A model generated the notes under the pieces. It was not told where the DNA came from. It made no database searches and was given only the letters and a program-made list of their open reading frames with translations. A stretch of 64,000 nucleotides of DNA from an uncultured Acidobacteriaceae bacterium (lineage in GTDB: Bacteria; Acidobacteriota; Terriglobia; Terriglobales; Acidobacteriaceae). Position 1 is the stretch's first letter, and every line of letters begins with the position of its first letter. The stretch spans positions 433,791 through 497,790 of the forward strand of contig CAVWYV010000003.1 of the NCBI GenBank assembly GCA_963759355.1, written 5' to 3'. Below are positions 21,213 to 32,500 of this stretch, piece after piece. The translations under genes were made by a program, and so were the position numbers.

Positions 21213-22772
21213 GTGTATCGATATGTGCCGCGTCGACGGATCGTTGAGGTGCTCAAACACGTTAGGGACTTGCTGCGACAAGCGCAGCCGATCAGTGAAC
21301 GAGAGCGCCTCGCAACTGAACGCCGCGAAATAGTGGCAAAGTACATCATCTCCAATTTGCCCCGCACGGGGCCGCATCCCACTCTCAACACCATCACCGA
21401 AATAGTGGACACATTTCTACTGACGATCGGTGCGGCACATGAGCTCTTCGGATACGATCTGGAAGCTATTCGGCAATACGATCTGCGCCTGAACTCGGGG
21501 CGCACCCATATTGTTGAATCCCACGTCTTCGATCGGGACAAGTTGATCGACGTTCCCCTGGAGTTAGCCCCAGAAAGCACGTTTCAATCGAACGCGATGC
21601 TCAGTGATTTGGTGAGCGAGTGGCAGCCTGGCGTGCCCATCCGGGCGCTCGATGAGAATTCACGCGATTTACGAAGTTTTTTTTATGTCCATGTAGGCAC
21701 CGAGGACAGTCGAGGCTCGAGCCTTCCGCCGGGGTCTATGGCCCTCGTGGAACCGATCGACCTAGCAGAAGCCCTGCGCCCCAACCCTCGTCTGATCTAT
21801 CTGCTCCAATTTGGAAACGGATACCGATGTAGCCGGTGCATCATAAGCCATGGCAAGTTGCACATGCTTAGTTCAACGCGTGAGTACGTCCGTGCACGGG
21901 CGTTTGCTTATCCAGGTGAAGTGAGAGTGGCTGGGCGCATTCGGATGTTTGCCCATGCTCTGCCACAACCAGAGTTCGCGTTGCACGGAAAGTTCCGGAC
22001 GAGACGACGCTTGGCGGACCTTACTTTGCCGTGGGAACACCGCACAAGAGATGAACTGTTCCTGGACGAATACAGGCGTTTTCAGCGATCCGAGGAAGAA
22101 GAAATGGAGATCCGGCAACTATTGATAGATCTTCTTCAGTCACCATTGACGAAGAGGACTGAACGGCGCTACCGCCATCCTGGCGCATCAGAGCCTCATA
22201 TCAGTACGTTGATCCAGCTCACTCTGCTTCATTTTGCACGGTATTCGGATTCCCTTCGAACCGGAGGTTTGTCCGTCCGCGAACAGGGACGATACTCCTT
22301 GAACACGATTATCAATGCACGAAGTGTGAAGGAGTTGTTCTCGCCAATGGATGTGCTTCGATCGCCAAGACTCGAATCCGTGTGGGATCTGCGAAGAAGA
22401 GAGTTCGTCGACTGGTTGCCGTTGCTCTCCTTCAAGTTTCCAAGCCTGAATGTTAGGCAGAATCCGGTACTGCGACTATCACAGACGCACGATCTTTCGG
22501 GACTCCAACCAGCGATGGCTGCGGGATCTTGGATGCTCCTGAAACCGTGTGAGGACCTACCGAATACACTGATGGAATGCGAAAAACGAGGATGGTCGAG
22601 GCCGCTCTACGTGCTGCGCCGCGGTCTTCATTTCCTCACGGGATATCTCGAACAGGATGGCGCCGGGTATGCTCTTCTATCTCACACCAATGGCATCCCG
22701 AACAAAGAGCGGTTCCACCGCGACGAACTATCGTCATTACACGGAGTGGCAGGCGTCGCCGTACCTGTCTAA
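21213..22772 (+). CDS. Hypothetical protein, possible tandem HTH/S24-like regulator, at the head of the lasso operon
   Basis: Internal duplication: HPTLNTI...LPPGSMALVEP...IYLLQFGNGY vs EPHISTL...MAAGSWMLLKP...PLYVLRRGLHF. Confidence 0.6.
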   Translation: MYRYVPRRRIVEVLKHVRDLLRQAQPISERERLATERREIVAKYIISNLPRTGPHPTLNTITEIVDTFLLTIGAAHELFGYDLEAIRQYDLRLNSGRTHIVESHVFDRDKLIDVPLELAPESTFQSNAMLSDLVSEWQPGVPIRALDENSRDLRSFFYVHVGTEDSRGSSLPPGSMALVEPIDLAEALRPNPRLIYLLQFGNGYRCSRCIISHGKLHMLSSTREYVRARAFAYPGEVRVAGRIRMFAHALPQPEFALHGKFRTRRRLADLTLPWEHRTRDELFLDEYRRFQRSEEEEMEIRQLLIDLLQSPLTKRTERRYRHPGASEPHISTLIQLTLLHFARYSDSLRTGGLSVREQGRYSLNTIINARSVKELFSPMDVLRSPRLESVWDLRRREFVDWLPLLSFKFPSLNVRQNPVLRLSQTHDLSGLQPAMAAGSWMLLKPCEDLPNTLMECEKRGWSRPLYVLRRGLHFLTGYLEQDGAGYALLSHTNGIPNKERFHRDELSSLHGVAGVAVPV

Positions 22773-22894
22773 AGTTGGCACACGGAGTAATTGTGGCCGC
22801 AACGTGATTTTTCCCCAGGCCTGGATGGCCTTCGGCGGTACGCTCTGTTCACGACTCGCTCTCGTAGATGCGAGGCGGTGATAAGAGGGCCGTT

Positions 22895-23143
22895 ATGGGA
22901 TTAGAAAAGCCTCCCCTTCGCACTGTAGTGAATCAGGATGGCGCGGCGATCCTCGATCCACGCTCTGGACAAATCACGACACTCAATACAACTGCGGCAT
23001 ACGTCTGGCAGGCATTGCAGCATGGGAGCAGCGCGGAGGCGATTGTTGCCGATCTCGCCCGAGACACGGGAGAAGATCTCTCCGTCGTCAAGCAAGGCGT
23101 CGCCGCCTTCCTCGCAGAACTAGAAGAACGTCATCTTTGTTGA
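22895..23143 (+). CDS. PqqD-family RiPP recognition element (lasso B1)
   Basis: GAAILDPRSGQITTLNTTAAYVWQAL...V..FLAELEERHL. Confidence 0.88.
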   Translation: MGLEKPPLRTVVNQDGAAILDPRSGQITTLNTTAAYVWQALQHGSSAEAIVADLARDTGEDLSVVKQGVAAFLAELEERHLC

Positions 23144-23169
23144 TCGTGATCAGTGCGCGAGGTGATGCC

Positions 23170-24585
23170 ATGGCTGCTAATGTTCCTGCTGTCGAATATA
23201 TCGAGTACCGGGTCGCCGTCATCCATCCGGCTTCGGGAGCCGTTTTTGCTGTGGACCATGGCGACGGTAGCAGCGTTCTTCCTTCTGTGCAGATTCCGAA
23301 ACACACGCGTGTAACTCCGCGCTTGCGTGAAGCGATCCGAGCGGCCTGGAACATTCGCGGAGTGGTATTGGATTACTTGCGGTTCGAGAACAGCTTTTGC
23401 CCCTGCGCTGTCATGGAGCTTCTTTCGGTCGAGATACCAACCCCGCTCCGGGCCGTCGATCTTCACCATGTGACGAATCTCTCCGAACGCGAAATGGCTT
23501 CTCTCATCGCTCTTCTTCACGAAGAGTCCCCCAGTTCCCTGCTCCGTGTGGGCTGGATCTACGAAGCCGTCGCTTGGGTTGAGCAAACGACAGGAGATAG
23601 GATTTGCTCGATATCGGAACTGGAGCAGCTTAATGCCGGAGCCAATTTCGCACTCATTCGATTTCCCATGCAAAGCGGCCGGTCCTACTGGTTAAAAGCA
23701 ACAGCGCACCCTAACCACCACGAACAAGCGATCACCTCGTACCTCTCCAAGCTTTCCCCGGGCTGCGTTCCTGAGGTTCTCGCCGTGCATCCCACGTGGA
23801 ACGCGTGGATCGTTCCAGACAGAAGCGCAAAGGATTGGCAGTCCCCCTTGAACGAAAAGAGGCGCCTCCGGCTACTCGATCGGGCTGTCGGCGCCATGGC
23901 GGCGCTTCAACGACGAAGTATCGGACACGTGGCGGATTTACTCTCCGTCGGCGCTTTCGACCAACGGTTAGAAGTTCTCCTTGCAGACTCTGCACTGCTT
24001 TTTGAGAAGATTGGCGCGGCGATGAGCCTGCAAACATCCACCAAGGTGCCACGAATCGAGGGCCTTCAGCTTCATGAGCTGCACGAGGCGTTTGACTCGA
24101 CTTGTGAGTATCTTTGCACTCTCTCGATTTCAAACACTGTCCTTCATGGAGACATGAATTCAGGGAATGTGCTTTGGGGAGAGGAAACCTGCCAATTCAT
24201 CGATTGGAGCGAGACCTACGTGGGACACCCATTGGTCACGCTCCAACATCTTCTATTGCTGAACTGTCCTGACAATGATCAGCTTAAATCCAAATGGGAT
24301 CGGATCCTGATTGAGCGCTACCGAGTGGCTATGCGCGGGGCCATCGAATCGGACGCGTTCGAGCGAGCGATTGTCTGCATGCCGATGATCGCCGCCGCCT
24401 CAGCCCTATACGGGCGAGGCGCATGGCTTCGTGCCCCCCTGGCAGAGACCCTATATCGTCAGTCCCGAATCCGCACGTTAGCGAGGTATATGGATCGTGC
24501 CTCGCGGGACCCCGAACTGCAGAGTCTGATACGGCCCCGTCGCATCTCAATCCGGTGCGACGCCGAGGTGACAATATGCTGCTGA
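23170..24585 (+). CDS. Aminoglycoside-phosphotransferase-like kinase
   Basis: YWLKA lysine, Brenner motif LHGDMNSGNV, FIDWSE; extra N-terminal domain. Confidence 0.85.
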   Translation: MAANVPAVEYIEYRVAVIHPASGAVFAVDHGDGSSVLPSVQIPKHTRVTPRLREAIRAAWNIRGVVLDYLRFENSFCPCAVMELLSVEIPTPLRAVDLHHVTNLSEREMASLIALLHEESPSSLLRVGWIYEAVAWVEQTTGDRICSISELEQLNAGANFALIRFPMQSGRSYWLKATAHPNHHEQAITSYLSKLSPGCVPEVLAVHPTWNAWIVPDRSAKDWQSPLNEKRRLRLLDRAVGAMAALQRRSIGHVADLLSVGAFDQRLEVLLADSALLFEKIGAAMSLQTSTKVPRIEGLQLHELHEAFDSTCEYLCTLSISNTVLHGDMNSGNVLWGEETCQFIDWSETYVGHPLVTLQHLLLLNCPDNDQLKSKWDRILIERYRVAMRGAIESDAFERAIVCMPMIAAASALYGRGAWLRAPLAETLYRQSRIRTLARYMDRASRDPELQSLIRPRRISIRCDAEVTICC

Positions 24586-24947
24586 TCTTCCAGAGCTGGA
24601 TGTGGATGTTGTTTTTCGATTACCTCATGCACGTTCGCGGTTTCGATGCCGTCCATGCCGCGGTTCGAAGTCAGCGCCCTAGTTCCCTGCATTCGCGAAT
24701 CACGGACCAAGCCGTGATATGTCATGCAGTAGACCTCGCCTGTGTCTTCTATTTCAAGCCCGTATTGTGCCTGCAGCGTTCCGCCGCCACGATCATGGTC
24801 CTCCGACGCCACGGATGGCACGCCGAGATGGTCATTGGTGCACAAGTCCTCCCCTTCCAATCTCACGCCTGGGTGGAGATTCGGGGCAACGTCGTGAACG
24901 ACAAACCCTATATCAACCAGATCTTTCAGGTTCTCGACCGCTGCTAG
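24576..24947 (+). CDS. Lasso leader peptidase B2 (transglutaminase-like)
   Basis: Triad CLQRS / SHAWVE / VVND. Confidence 0.92.
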   Translation: MLLIFQSWMWMLFFDYLMHVRGFDAVHAAVRSQRPSSLHSRITDQAVICHAVDLACVFYFKPVLCLQRSAATIMVLRRHGWHAEMVIGAQVLPFQSHAWVEIRGNVVNDKPYINQIFQVLDRC

Positions 24948-24956
24948 GAAAGACCA

Positions 24957-26879
24957 ATGAGTATTCTTTGGGGACTAACAAAGAAGCCGGGCGCGACTGT
25001 TCGCGACGCGGAATTGCTCGACCTGTCGATTCACACTCAGCAATACGCCACCTGTGGACCCGCCGTTCTGACGAGCGGACGCGTAGGACTGGGCCTGCAA
25101 CTCTACGGCAGTCATTCACGGTCGGCGATGGATTCCCGTCCCGTCTCCGACGATCAAGGGAACATTCTTTGCTTCGATGGACGGTTTGACAACTTTCGAG
25201 AGCTCCTCGACTCGCTTCGTCTCGACGATGCCACGATTTCCGATTCGTTGATTGCTCTGACCGCATTCGAACAATGGGGTGAGGCTTGCTTCTCTCGATT
25301 CACCGGCGACTGGGCCTTGGCCCTTTGGTGTCACCGCGAGCAAAAGCTCTTTCTCGCCCGCGACCATGCCGGAACACGTTCGCTCTATTTCATGCAAGAG
25401 GGACAACAAATTCAGTGGGCGACGTATCTAGATACGCTCACAGCGTTACAACCAGGACTGGAACTCTCGCATGCTTACGCTGCGGCTTATCTCACGTTCT
25501 CACCGGTTCGAGACCTCACGCCATACACTCAAATCCGCGCCGTCAAACCTGGGCATTATGTCGTGTTTCAGGATGGAAGGGTCACGCAAAAGCCGCACTG
25601 GCGCCCTCTCGTTCGAACATCCATTCGATACAGGGCAGACGCGGACTACGACGATCACTTTCTCTCGGTATTCGGGACGGCGATAGCTCGGCGGACCGGC
25701 GCCGGAGAGCCCGTCCTCGCGCAGTTGAGCGGAGGAATGGATTCGACCTCCATTGTCTGCATGTCGGACCATATGCGCCGCTGCGCAGATCCGCATGAAG
25801 AGATCCTCGACACCATCTCCTTCTTCGACGATTCCGAAGTATCCCTGGATGAGAAGCGATATTTCCTCACTACAGAACAGCAGCGCGGAAAGGCTGGAAT
25901 CCATCTCGAGATCGTGTCTTCCCGCAGGACCTTCAATCTGACGACCGAGTCCGGAATCTATCCGACTCCCGGACGCGACGACCATTCGCTCACGATTGAA
26001 CGGGCGCTCTACAAGTCCATCTGGGAGCGGGGCTATCGATCGATCCTCTCAGGCATCGGCGGGGACGAGGTACTAGGCGGAGTTCCCGACGGTCGCCCCG
26101 AGCTGGCCGACCACATCATTGGAGGTCGAATCGGTACCCTGCTGCGACGTGCGGTTGCCTGGTCTCTTCCGGATCGTAGTCCCCTAATAGGCACGCTCTC
26201 CAACACAACGCAATATGCGCTAGGGCTCTATCTGAGAAATAATCCCAAACGGAGACCGGTTCCGGCATGGCTCTCCAAATGCCTTCGCAAATCATTCGTT
26301 GAATCGGAACGAACGACTGAGGTGGTGCCAAACCGATTGGGTGTCGCCCCACACCGGCTGGAAAATGCCGTGACTTGGTGGCACATCATGGAGACCCTTC
26401 CGCACCTTTCCCCACAGCTTCTCTTCAGGCCCGAATACCGCTATCCCATGCTGGACAAGGATCTCATAGAATTCCTGTTCTCCATTCCTCCTGAGCAACT
26501 GGTCCAGCCCGGCCGGCGGCGCGCCATGATGCGACGTGCTCTACGTGGCATCGTGCCTAACGAAATTCTCGAAAGGAGGCGTAAAGCCTTCCAGCTTCGA
26601 GCTCCGCTAAGTGCCATCCAGGCTGCCCAAGAGAAGTTGGAACGACTCATCTCGACATCAATCATCGCGGACATAGGCTTCATCGATGTCGACACGTTCC
26701 TCTCAGAGCTGAGATCGACAGCAAACGGACAACCAGGCGCCTGTCACGCGATCCTTCGAGTGATTGCCTATGAACTATGGCTGCGGACATACTTTGGCCG
26801 CTCTACCGATTTCAAGTTCCCTGTTTTACAAACCAGGTTTGGCCACCGCTCAGTGGCCACAGAGCTCCGCGCGCCCTGA
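24957..26879 (+). CDS. Lasso cyclase (asparagine synthetase-like, C protein)
   Basis: LARDHAGTRSLY, QLSGGMDSTSI, SGIGGDEVLGG, RYPMLDKDLIEF, ERRRKA; no N-terminal Cys2 of AsnB. Confidence 0.92.
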   Translation: MSILWGLTKKPGATVRDAELLDLSIHTQQYATCGPAVLTSGRVGLGLQLYGSHSRSAMDSRPVSDDQGNILCFDGRFDNFRELLDSLRLDDATISDSLIALTAFEQWGEACFSRFTGDWALALWCHREQKLFLARDHAGTRSLYFMQEGQQIQWATYLDTLTALQPGLELSHAYAAAYLTFSPVRDLTPYTQIRAVKPGHYVVFQDGRVTQKPHWRPLVRTSIRYRADADYDDHFLSVFGTAIARRTGAGEPVLAQLSGGMDSTSIVCMSDHMRRCADPHEEILDTISFFDDSEVSLDEKRYFLTTEQQRGKAGIHLEIVSSRRTFNLTTESGIYPTPGRDDHSLTIERALYKSIWERGYRSILSGIGGDEVLGGVPDGRPELADHIIGGRIGTLLRRAVAWSLPDRSPLIGTLSNTTQYALGLYLRNNPKRRPVPAWLSKCLRKSFVESERTTEVVPNRLGVAPHRLENAVTWWHIMETLPHLSPQLLFRPEYRYPMLDKDLIEFLFSIPPEQLVQPGRRRAMMRRALRGIVPNEILERRRKAFQLRAPLSAIQAAQEKLERLISTSIIADIGFIDVDTFLSELRSTANGQPGACHAILRVIAYELWLRTYFGRSTDFKFPVLQTRFGHRSVATELRAP

Positions 26880-26930
26880 ATTCGGCCGGTTCTCGATGCG
26901 CGGAAATTTGAAATGAAAGAGGAAACCACT

Positions 26931-27065
26931 ATGCGTTATACACAACCGAAAATCACGGGAACCTACTATGCACTTGCCGCCATCAAGAGCAACAAAGTGC
27001 CCGATTCACTTGAAATAGATACCGGCAATTTCACCGACGGCGCGAGCTATCAGGCCGACGAATAA
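26931..27065 (+). CDS. Lasso peptide precursor (44 aa)
   Basis: AGAGG RBS; MRYTQPKITGTYYALAAIK-SNKVPDSLEIDTGNFTDGASYQADE; YxxPxI leader motif; Glu at core position 9; directly after the cyclase. Confidence 0.88.
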   Translation: MRYTQPKITGTYYALAAIKSNKVPDSLEIDTGNFTDGASYQADE

Positions 27066-27092
27066 TCTTCCTGGTTCGCTTCGCGCTTGACC

Positions 27093-27123
27093 GATCCGGC
27101 CTCTTGGGGGCAGAGGCCGGATC
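27093..27123. terminator. Hairpin between convergent genes (likely bidirectional terminator)
   Basis: GATCCGGCCTCT-TGGGGGC-AGAGGCCGGATC, perfect 12-bp stem. Confidence 0.7.
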
Positions 27124-27134
27124 TCATTCCTGTC

Positions 27135-29541
27135 TTATTGCGTGGCACTTGCTGACAAGCTCGAAAGCTTCATTCTCAAACTCTTCCACCTCGCATACTG
27201 AGCTCGTTTCATCGGATCTGGGTCTTCATAACCTTGGAGCCAGTAGCGCATCCAGTCGACGTTCCCTTGTTGTGACTCCAAGCGTTCTAAAGGCATTTGA
27301 TGGATGTGAGTCCCATTCGGGAAATAAATCAGGTCGACAGGCTTGTGCTGCATATAGAGGGCCCCGTAAAGCTCCCATTCCTGCAAGATTGAGTCCGGAC
27401 CCATGGCCTCGATCCTGACCGGCGCTTGAACCTGATCAAGATGAAACCCCGGCGCTTCCCTTACCCATCGCTCCAGTCCCTGACCAAATGGGCTGGTCCC
27501 CTTTATCTGATTCATCTGTCCTTCGAGGTCAGGTTGGCTAGGCGCGCTGAGAATGTATTGAACGTAACTGTTATCCACCCCATCGGCAATGGTTGCCGCC
27601 GCGAACAATTTCGGGGCCTTGATCAGCGCATTGATCACATACCAACAGGTCCAACTGAAACCGACCACGCCGACCCGATTAGGATCGACGAGGCCATCAT
27701 CCGATAGCCGCTTGATCGCGCTTTTGTAGCCTTCGAGGCTTGTCCGAGTGTCCTGTTCTGACAACGTGTTCGGCTGCTTCTGGATCTGGAGCACGACCAA
27801 GCCGCTGCTGGCCAGGTGGCGCGCCGTGAAGGCCGTGGGATCGGTTCCGTCGGTTAGGAACTCGTGCTCGCGGAAGTTGTACATCTGAATGACGAGCGGA
27901 TAGCGCTGGCCGGCGATATAGCCCACCGGCATTACTAGCCCTCCAATCCAAGCTCGCCCGGACGAGTCTTTCCACCGAAGAACACTCGCTTGACCGAACG
28001 CTAGCTTTCGCAACTGCGGATTCGGATCCCAGAGCTGTTGAGCAGCCGTTGTGCCGACCTCGGAGGCCCACAGCGTCGGAATCTCATTGAGATCTTGTTT
28101 CACATAGACGCGTACGGTATCTCCAGGCGGTTGAGTTTGACGAACTTCCTGAGTGCCTGGGCTGATGGAGGAGTCGAATTTCCAGGCGTCGCCTGCGAGG
28201 TGAAAGACGGAGTCAACGAGTTCGCCCTTTTGGTTCCTCAGTGTGGCAGCTACCTCGTCGCGATCTCGGCCGAACTTCACATCGGTAAGCGATTGGCCTC
28301 CCGACGGTGGTGTCGCATCGTTGAAATATAGACATCGACGACGCAGCATGGGTAGATCGATGCTCGCAACCGCGCAAGGTTTGGTGGGCGACCCCACTCC
28401 TTGTTCGGTTGAGCGTTCGGGCGCAAAGTATACGTTCGTTACAAGAATGCGACTCCCGTCTCTCGACCAGACAGCGAGGTTTGCCTCTTGGGCGTAGCCG
28501 AGATACTCGGCGCTTGGCGCATCCAGAAGAATAATCGATGCCCCCGTTCGGACATTCGTAAGCACGTATCGAACCGGTCTCAGAACGTTGTCGGGCCGTA
28601 TGAGATCCGGGTTGTTCACGCGTAAGCGTCGATGCTCGTAGAGATGGGCAGGATCAAACATCTCCCAAAAACGGGGAATCCTACTTACGACTGGCTCGAC
28701 GGAGACCACCCATTGACCGTCCGGCGAAATCCGAAATGGAAAAAGGTGATGGAAGAAAGAGTTGTCCCCAATTGCGTACCCGGGCACCCGCTGTAGTCTT
28801 CCGGGACGGACGCCTACACGAACTGTGAACATCGAAAAGACCTTGACGGCCCAGGGCCTGAGAAGGCCCGGAAAGAGAATGTCTTTGGAGCGAACACCGG
28901 TGGCATCAAAGGCGTCACGGTTGATTTGCACGCCAGGAGGTGGAGGCGCGGCATTGATCTGTGACGCCGTAAACGCGATGGTGTCGCCCGCCAAATCATA
29001 GTGGTCTACGTCAAGGGAGGCCGAGCGTCAGAACGTGGCATTCCACTTTGTCGGTCCTTGCCTCATAGAGCTGATAGCCTCCTTGCTCATTCTGACCGCG
29101 GAAGTAAATCCGCCTCCCATCCGCTGCCCATCGGATATCGTGAAGGATTGCGGCGTAAGGGATGGTCTGCTGACCTTGAGAAACAGCGGTGACCGAAGCG
29201 ACGATGCGAGGCTTCGGCTGTGGACCTGAGGGCGAATGCAAGAAACGTTTGATGGCCACAAGATCAAAGACCGTAATCTCCGATCTCAGCTGATCCGTCG
29301 CCATCAGCCCACGTGTGGTGACGATAGCAACGTGTTTGCCGTCCGGCGAAAAGTTGTCACTGTCGTTCTCTGAGGCGTTGATGCCTGCCGAGGGATCGTT
29401 GAAACGCACCATCGCAATGTCATCCTTTACCGAGAAGGCTGGCTGTTGGGCGGGTGCACACCCGGTCGTGAGCGTGGCTACGACGGCAAAGGCCGCGAAA
29501 AGGCGCGAGTTCCCTCGCAGCCTCGGAAGAGCAAGGCGCAT
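27135..29541 (-). CDS. S9 prolyl-oligopeptidase family, AtxE2-like lasso isopeptidase (+1 frameshift ~29025)
   Basis: Lipobox-like LTTGC; propeller FSPDG/WAADG/ISPDG; nucleophile GVVGFSWTC; His in FPNGTH; VDWMRYWLQG. Removing one base near 29025 joins the two ORFs. Confidence 0.85.
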
Positions 29542-29581
29542 GGAAAGTTCTCCGGTCAAAAGGGGAATGCAGGTGGAAAGG

Positions 29582-32500
29582 CTAGAACACGAGCCGGAGC
29601 GCGAACTGCATAGATCGGGCTCCGCCCTGCTGGTATTGGGAGGCAACCGTTGCCAGGCTGGCATTCAGCATCTGGGTAGCCTGCCCGAACGTGACATCGG
29701 TATAGGTCGGATTGACATATCCGAAGTTTGGGTGATTGAAGAGGTTGAAGGTCTCGGCACGGAAGCGCAGTGTGAGAGGGTCATGCAGAGGAATCTCTCT
29801 TCGAACAGCAAGGTTCAACTGCGTTGCACCGAAGCCCCGCAAAAATTGCGGGGAGCGTCGCCAAGCGTCGCCGATCGGAGGCACGCTGAACGCGTCAGGA
29901 TTGATAGCTCTGCCACCGGGATACTGAGGTCCATAGCGATAGAAGGGGTGTCCAGAAATGATGTTCAGCGTGCTGGAGTATTGCTCTCCGGTTCCTGGGT
30001 CGACGATAAACTTTCCCCCAAGTGTCACCGGGAAGGCCGAACGTACGTTTACGCGGCTGTCCAGCGACCAATCGTTCAGCATCGCATTGAGCATCTTTCC
30101 CGATTTGAGCTTCGGCAGGTCCCAACTCACTCCGCCTTGAAAGTTGTTCCTGACGTCAAAGTCGGAGTCGGCTCGCATGAGCGGAAGGGCGGTGGCGTTC
30201 GATCCATAGTCGATCCCGTGAGCCCATGTGTAGGCGACGAGCGCCTGGATCCCCTTTGCAACCGAGCGCTGGAACTGCAGTTGCAGGGACTGATAGTTCG
30301 ACGTCACGCCGGACTGGAAGTACTGCACCGTGCCGAAGTTTGGATTGAATGGTGTGATCACCTTCTCTTGTAGACCGATAAGGCGCCTTCCCCCTGCAGC
30401 AACGTACGAGAGGGTCATAGACTGGTTCGCTCCAAGAGCTTGCTGCAAGCTGGCATTCCACTGGAGCGTGTAGGGCAGCTGCAAGTGCGTTGGGAAGGCA
30501 GTGATCACAGCGGAGGTATAGGGCGGAGCTACCGTGACGGGAACGTCAAGTTGGCTCGGCGTAAAAGGAAGCGTCGCGCCCGTCCGGGTCGCCATGGCTC
30601 TGAATCCCAGACCGCTGTATCCTAACGCGGCCACCTCGTTAAGAGAATCGAAGAAGACGCCCCCACCTGCACGTACGACTGTTTGAGCTCCGGCTCGATT
30701 GCGAACGATCCAAGCCACTCCTAATCTCGGTGCGAAGTTGTACTTGGAGGTCTGCCATAAAGGCGTATTCCTGGCCGCCAGCGTCAGAGATGCGGGGGTA
30801 TCGATGTCGCCGGCCACCGTGTAGGCGTTATCTCCGTGCTGCTCCGTTGGAGGAGGATCGAGCTCCCATCGCAGGCCGTAGGAAAGACTCACCGTCGGTC
30901 GGACTCGCCACTCATCCTGCACAAAGAGCGCCGTTTCATTGAACACGGGTGTCGCGGACACATACCGAATGACATAGGGAACGATCGGTCTACCACTCAG
31001 AACCTGTTGCGGCGCGCTGAAGTACGTATACGGTTCCAGGTCCGGAGGCATGAGCGCCGTCGTAAGGCGGCGGTAGTCCAGTCCGATCTTCAATGTGTGA
31101 TGGCCAGCGAGCGTACCCGCCGTGTCCACCAGATTCCACTGACGTTGAGCGTTCCGAGAGTTGAGCACATCCATCACCGGATTTCCGGGGCCGAAGTACA
31201 TGACCACGACCGGATTCGCCCGGCCTTGTCCTTCAGCCCCCAACGCGGCAACCAGATCTGTTGGCGTAGCACCTCCGAAGCCGTCAAGCGCGCCGGCTTG
31301 AGCCGCCTCCGCCCGTGCATAGCCGAGCCGGAACTCGTTCGTGATCGAATTCGAGAGCTGACTGCTGGCGCCGAGATTGAAGTTCTGGTTGTCGATGCTG
31401 GTGGTATTGAGAGCAAAGTTTGGTCTCGACTGCGTCGAGCTGGGTGTGTCCCCGTATCTGAAGAACAAGGTCAGCTTCGGGCCGAGCGTGTGATCCAAGC
31501 GGATGCTGGTGGAATCGATGCGGCTTGGCAGCGAGAATGGTGCAATGAACTGCGCCAGGCTGGGAGACGCGACAGTGCCGTAGTCGATGCCATCAGGTAG
31601 TGGGTACGCGTTCAGGATAGGTTTCATCGTCTGCACTGCCTGCTGACGCATCGCGAGATCTGGCACGTACTGTATGGTCGCGGCGGTCGGCTGCGTTAAC
31701 CGCAGGCCCTCATAAGCTGCAAAGAAGAAGCTGCGGCCCTTTCCGTTGTAAACGCGCGGGATCCAGATGGGTCCGCCGAACGTCCCTCCGAAATCGTTCT
31801 GGCGAAGCGCGGGTTCAAGCTTGCCATAGTGATCGTTGAACCAGTCATTCGCGTCGAAGAAGCTGTTCCGCAGATAGTCATAGGCGCTGCCGTGAAGAGC
31901 GTTCGTACCCGATCGCGTGAGCAAGGAAATCTGTCCTCCTGGCGACCTCCCGTATTCGGCCGAGTAGGTCGAGCTTTGAATGCGAAACTCCTGCAAGGCA
32001 TCGACCGGCACCATCGTTTGGGTTGTGCCGAGGGCCGTCGTTCCTCCAAGCGTGCCGCCCGTCGCGGCTTGGCTGATCCCATTTCCGTTTCCTGCATTCA
32101 CGTTCGCGGAGATTCCGTCCACGGTGTAGTAGTTGGATTGCGTGCGTTGGCCATTGACCGAGAAGTCGCCGCTATTTCCTACGCCTTGAGAGGTATTCTG
32201 AGGAGTCTGCGTTACGACACCCGGCGTCATCGAGATCAGGTCCTGGAAGCTGCGCCCATTGAGTGGAATGTCCCCCACAAACCTCTGATCGACGACTGTG
32301 CTGACGGAGGCATTTGTCGTGTTCAGTGGTGGTGTATCGGAGTTGACGGTCACACTCTCAGAGGTTGCGCCAACCGGAAGAACGAAGTTGAGAGCAACAG
32401 CACTTTGAACGTTCAAGACCACGTCGGCTTTGATAATGGTCTGGAAGCCGGCCTTTGAAACCTGAACGTGATAGTGTCCCGGTGGCAGAATGGGAACCAG

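Noticed and set aside
24957-26879. Metabolic asparagine synthetase AsnB
   Set aside because: Lacks the N-terminal Cys nucleophile and sits with B1, B2 and a precursor.
29315-32458. Plus-strand ORFs of 200-350 aa
   Set aside because: Antisense to the TonB receptor and isopeptidase.
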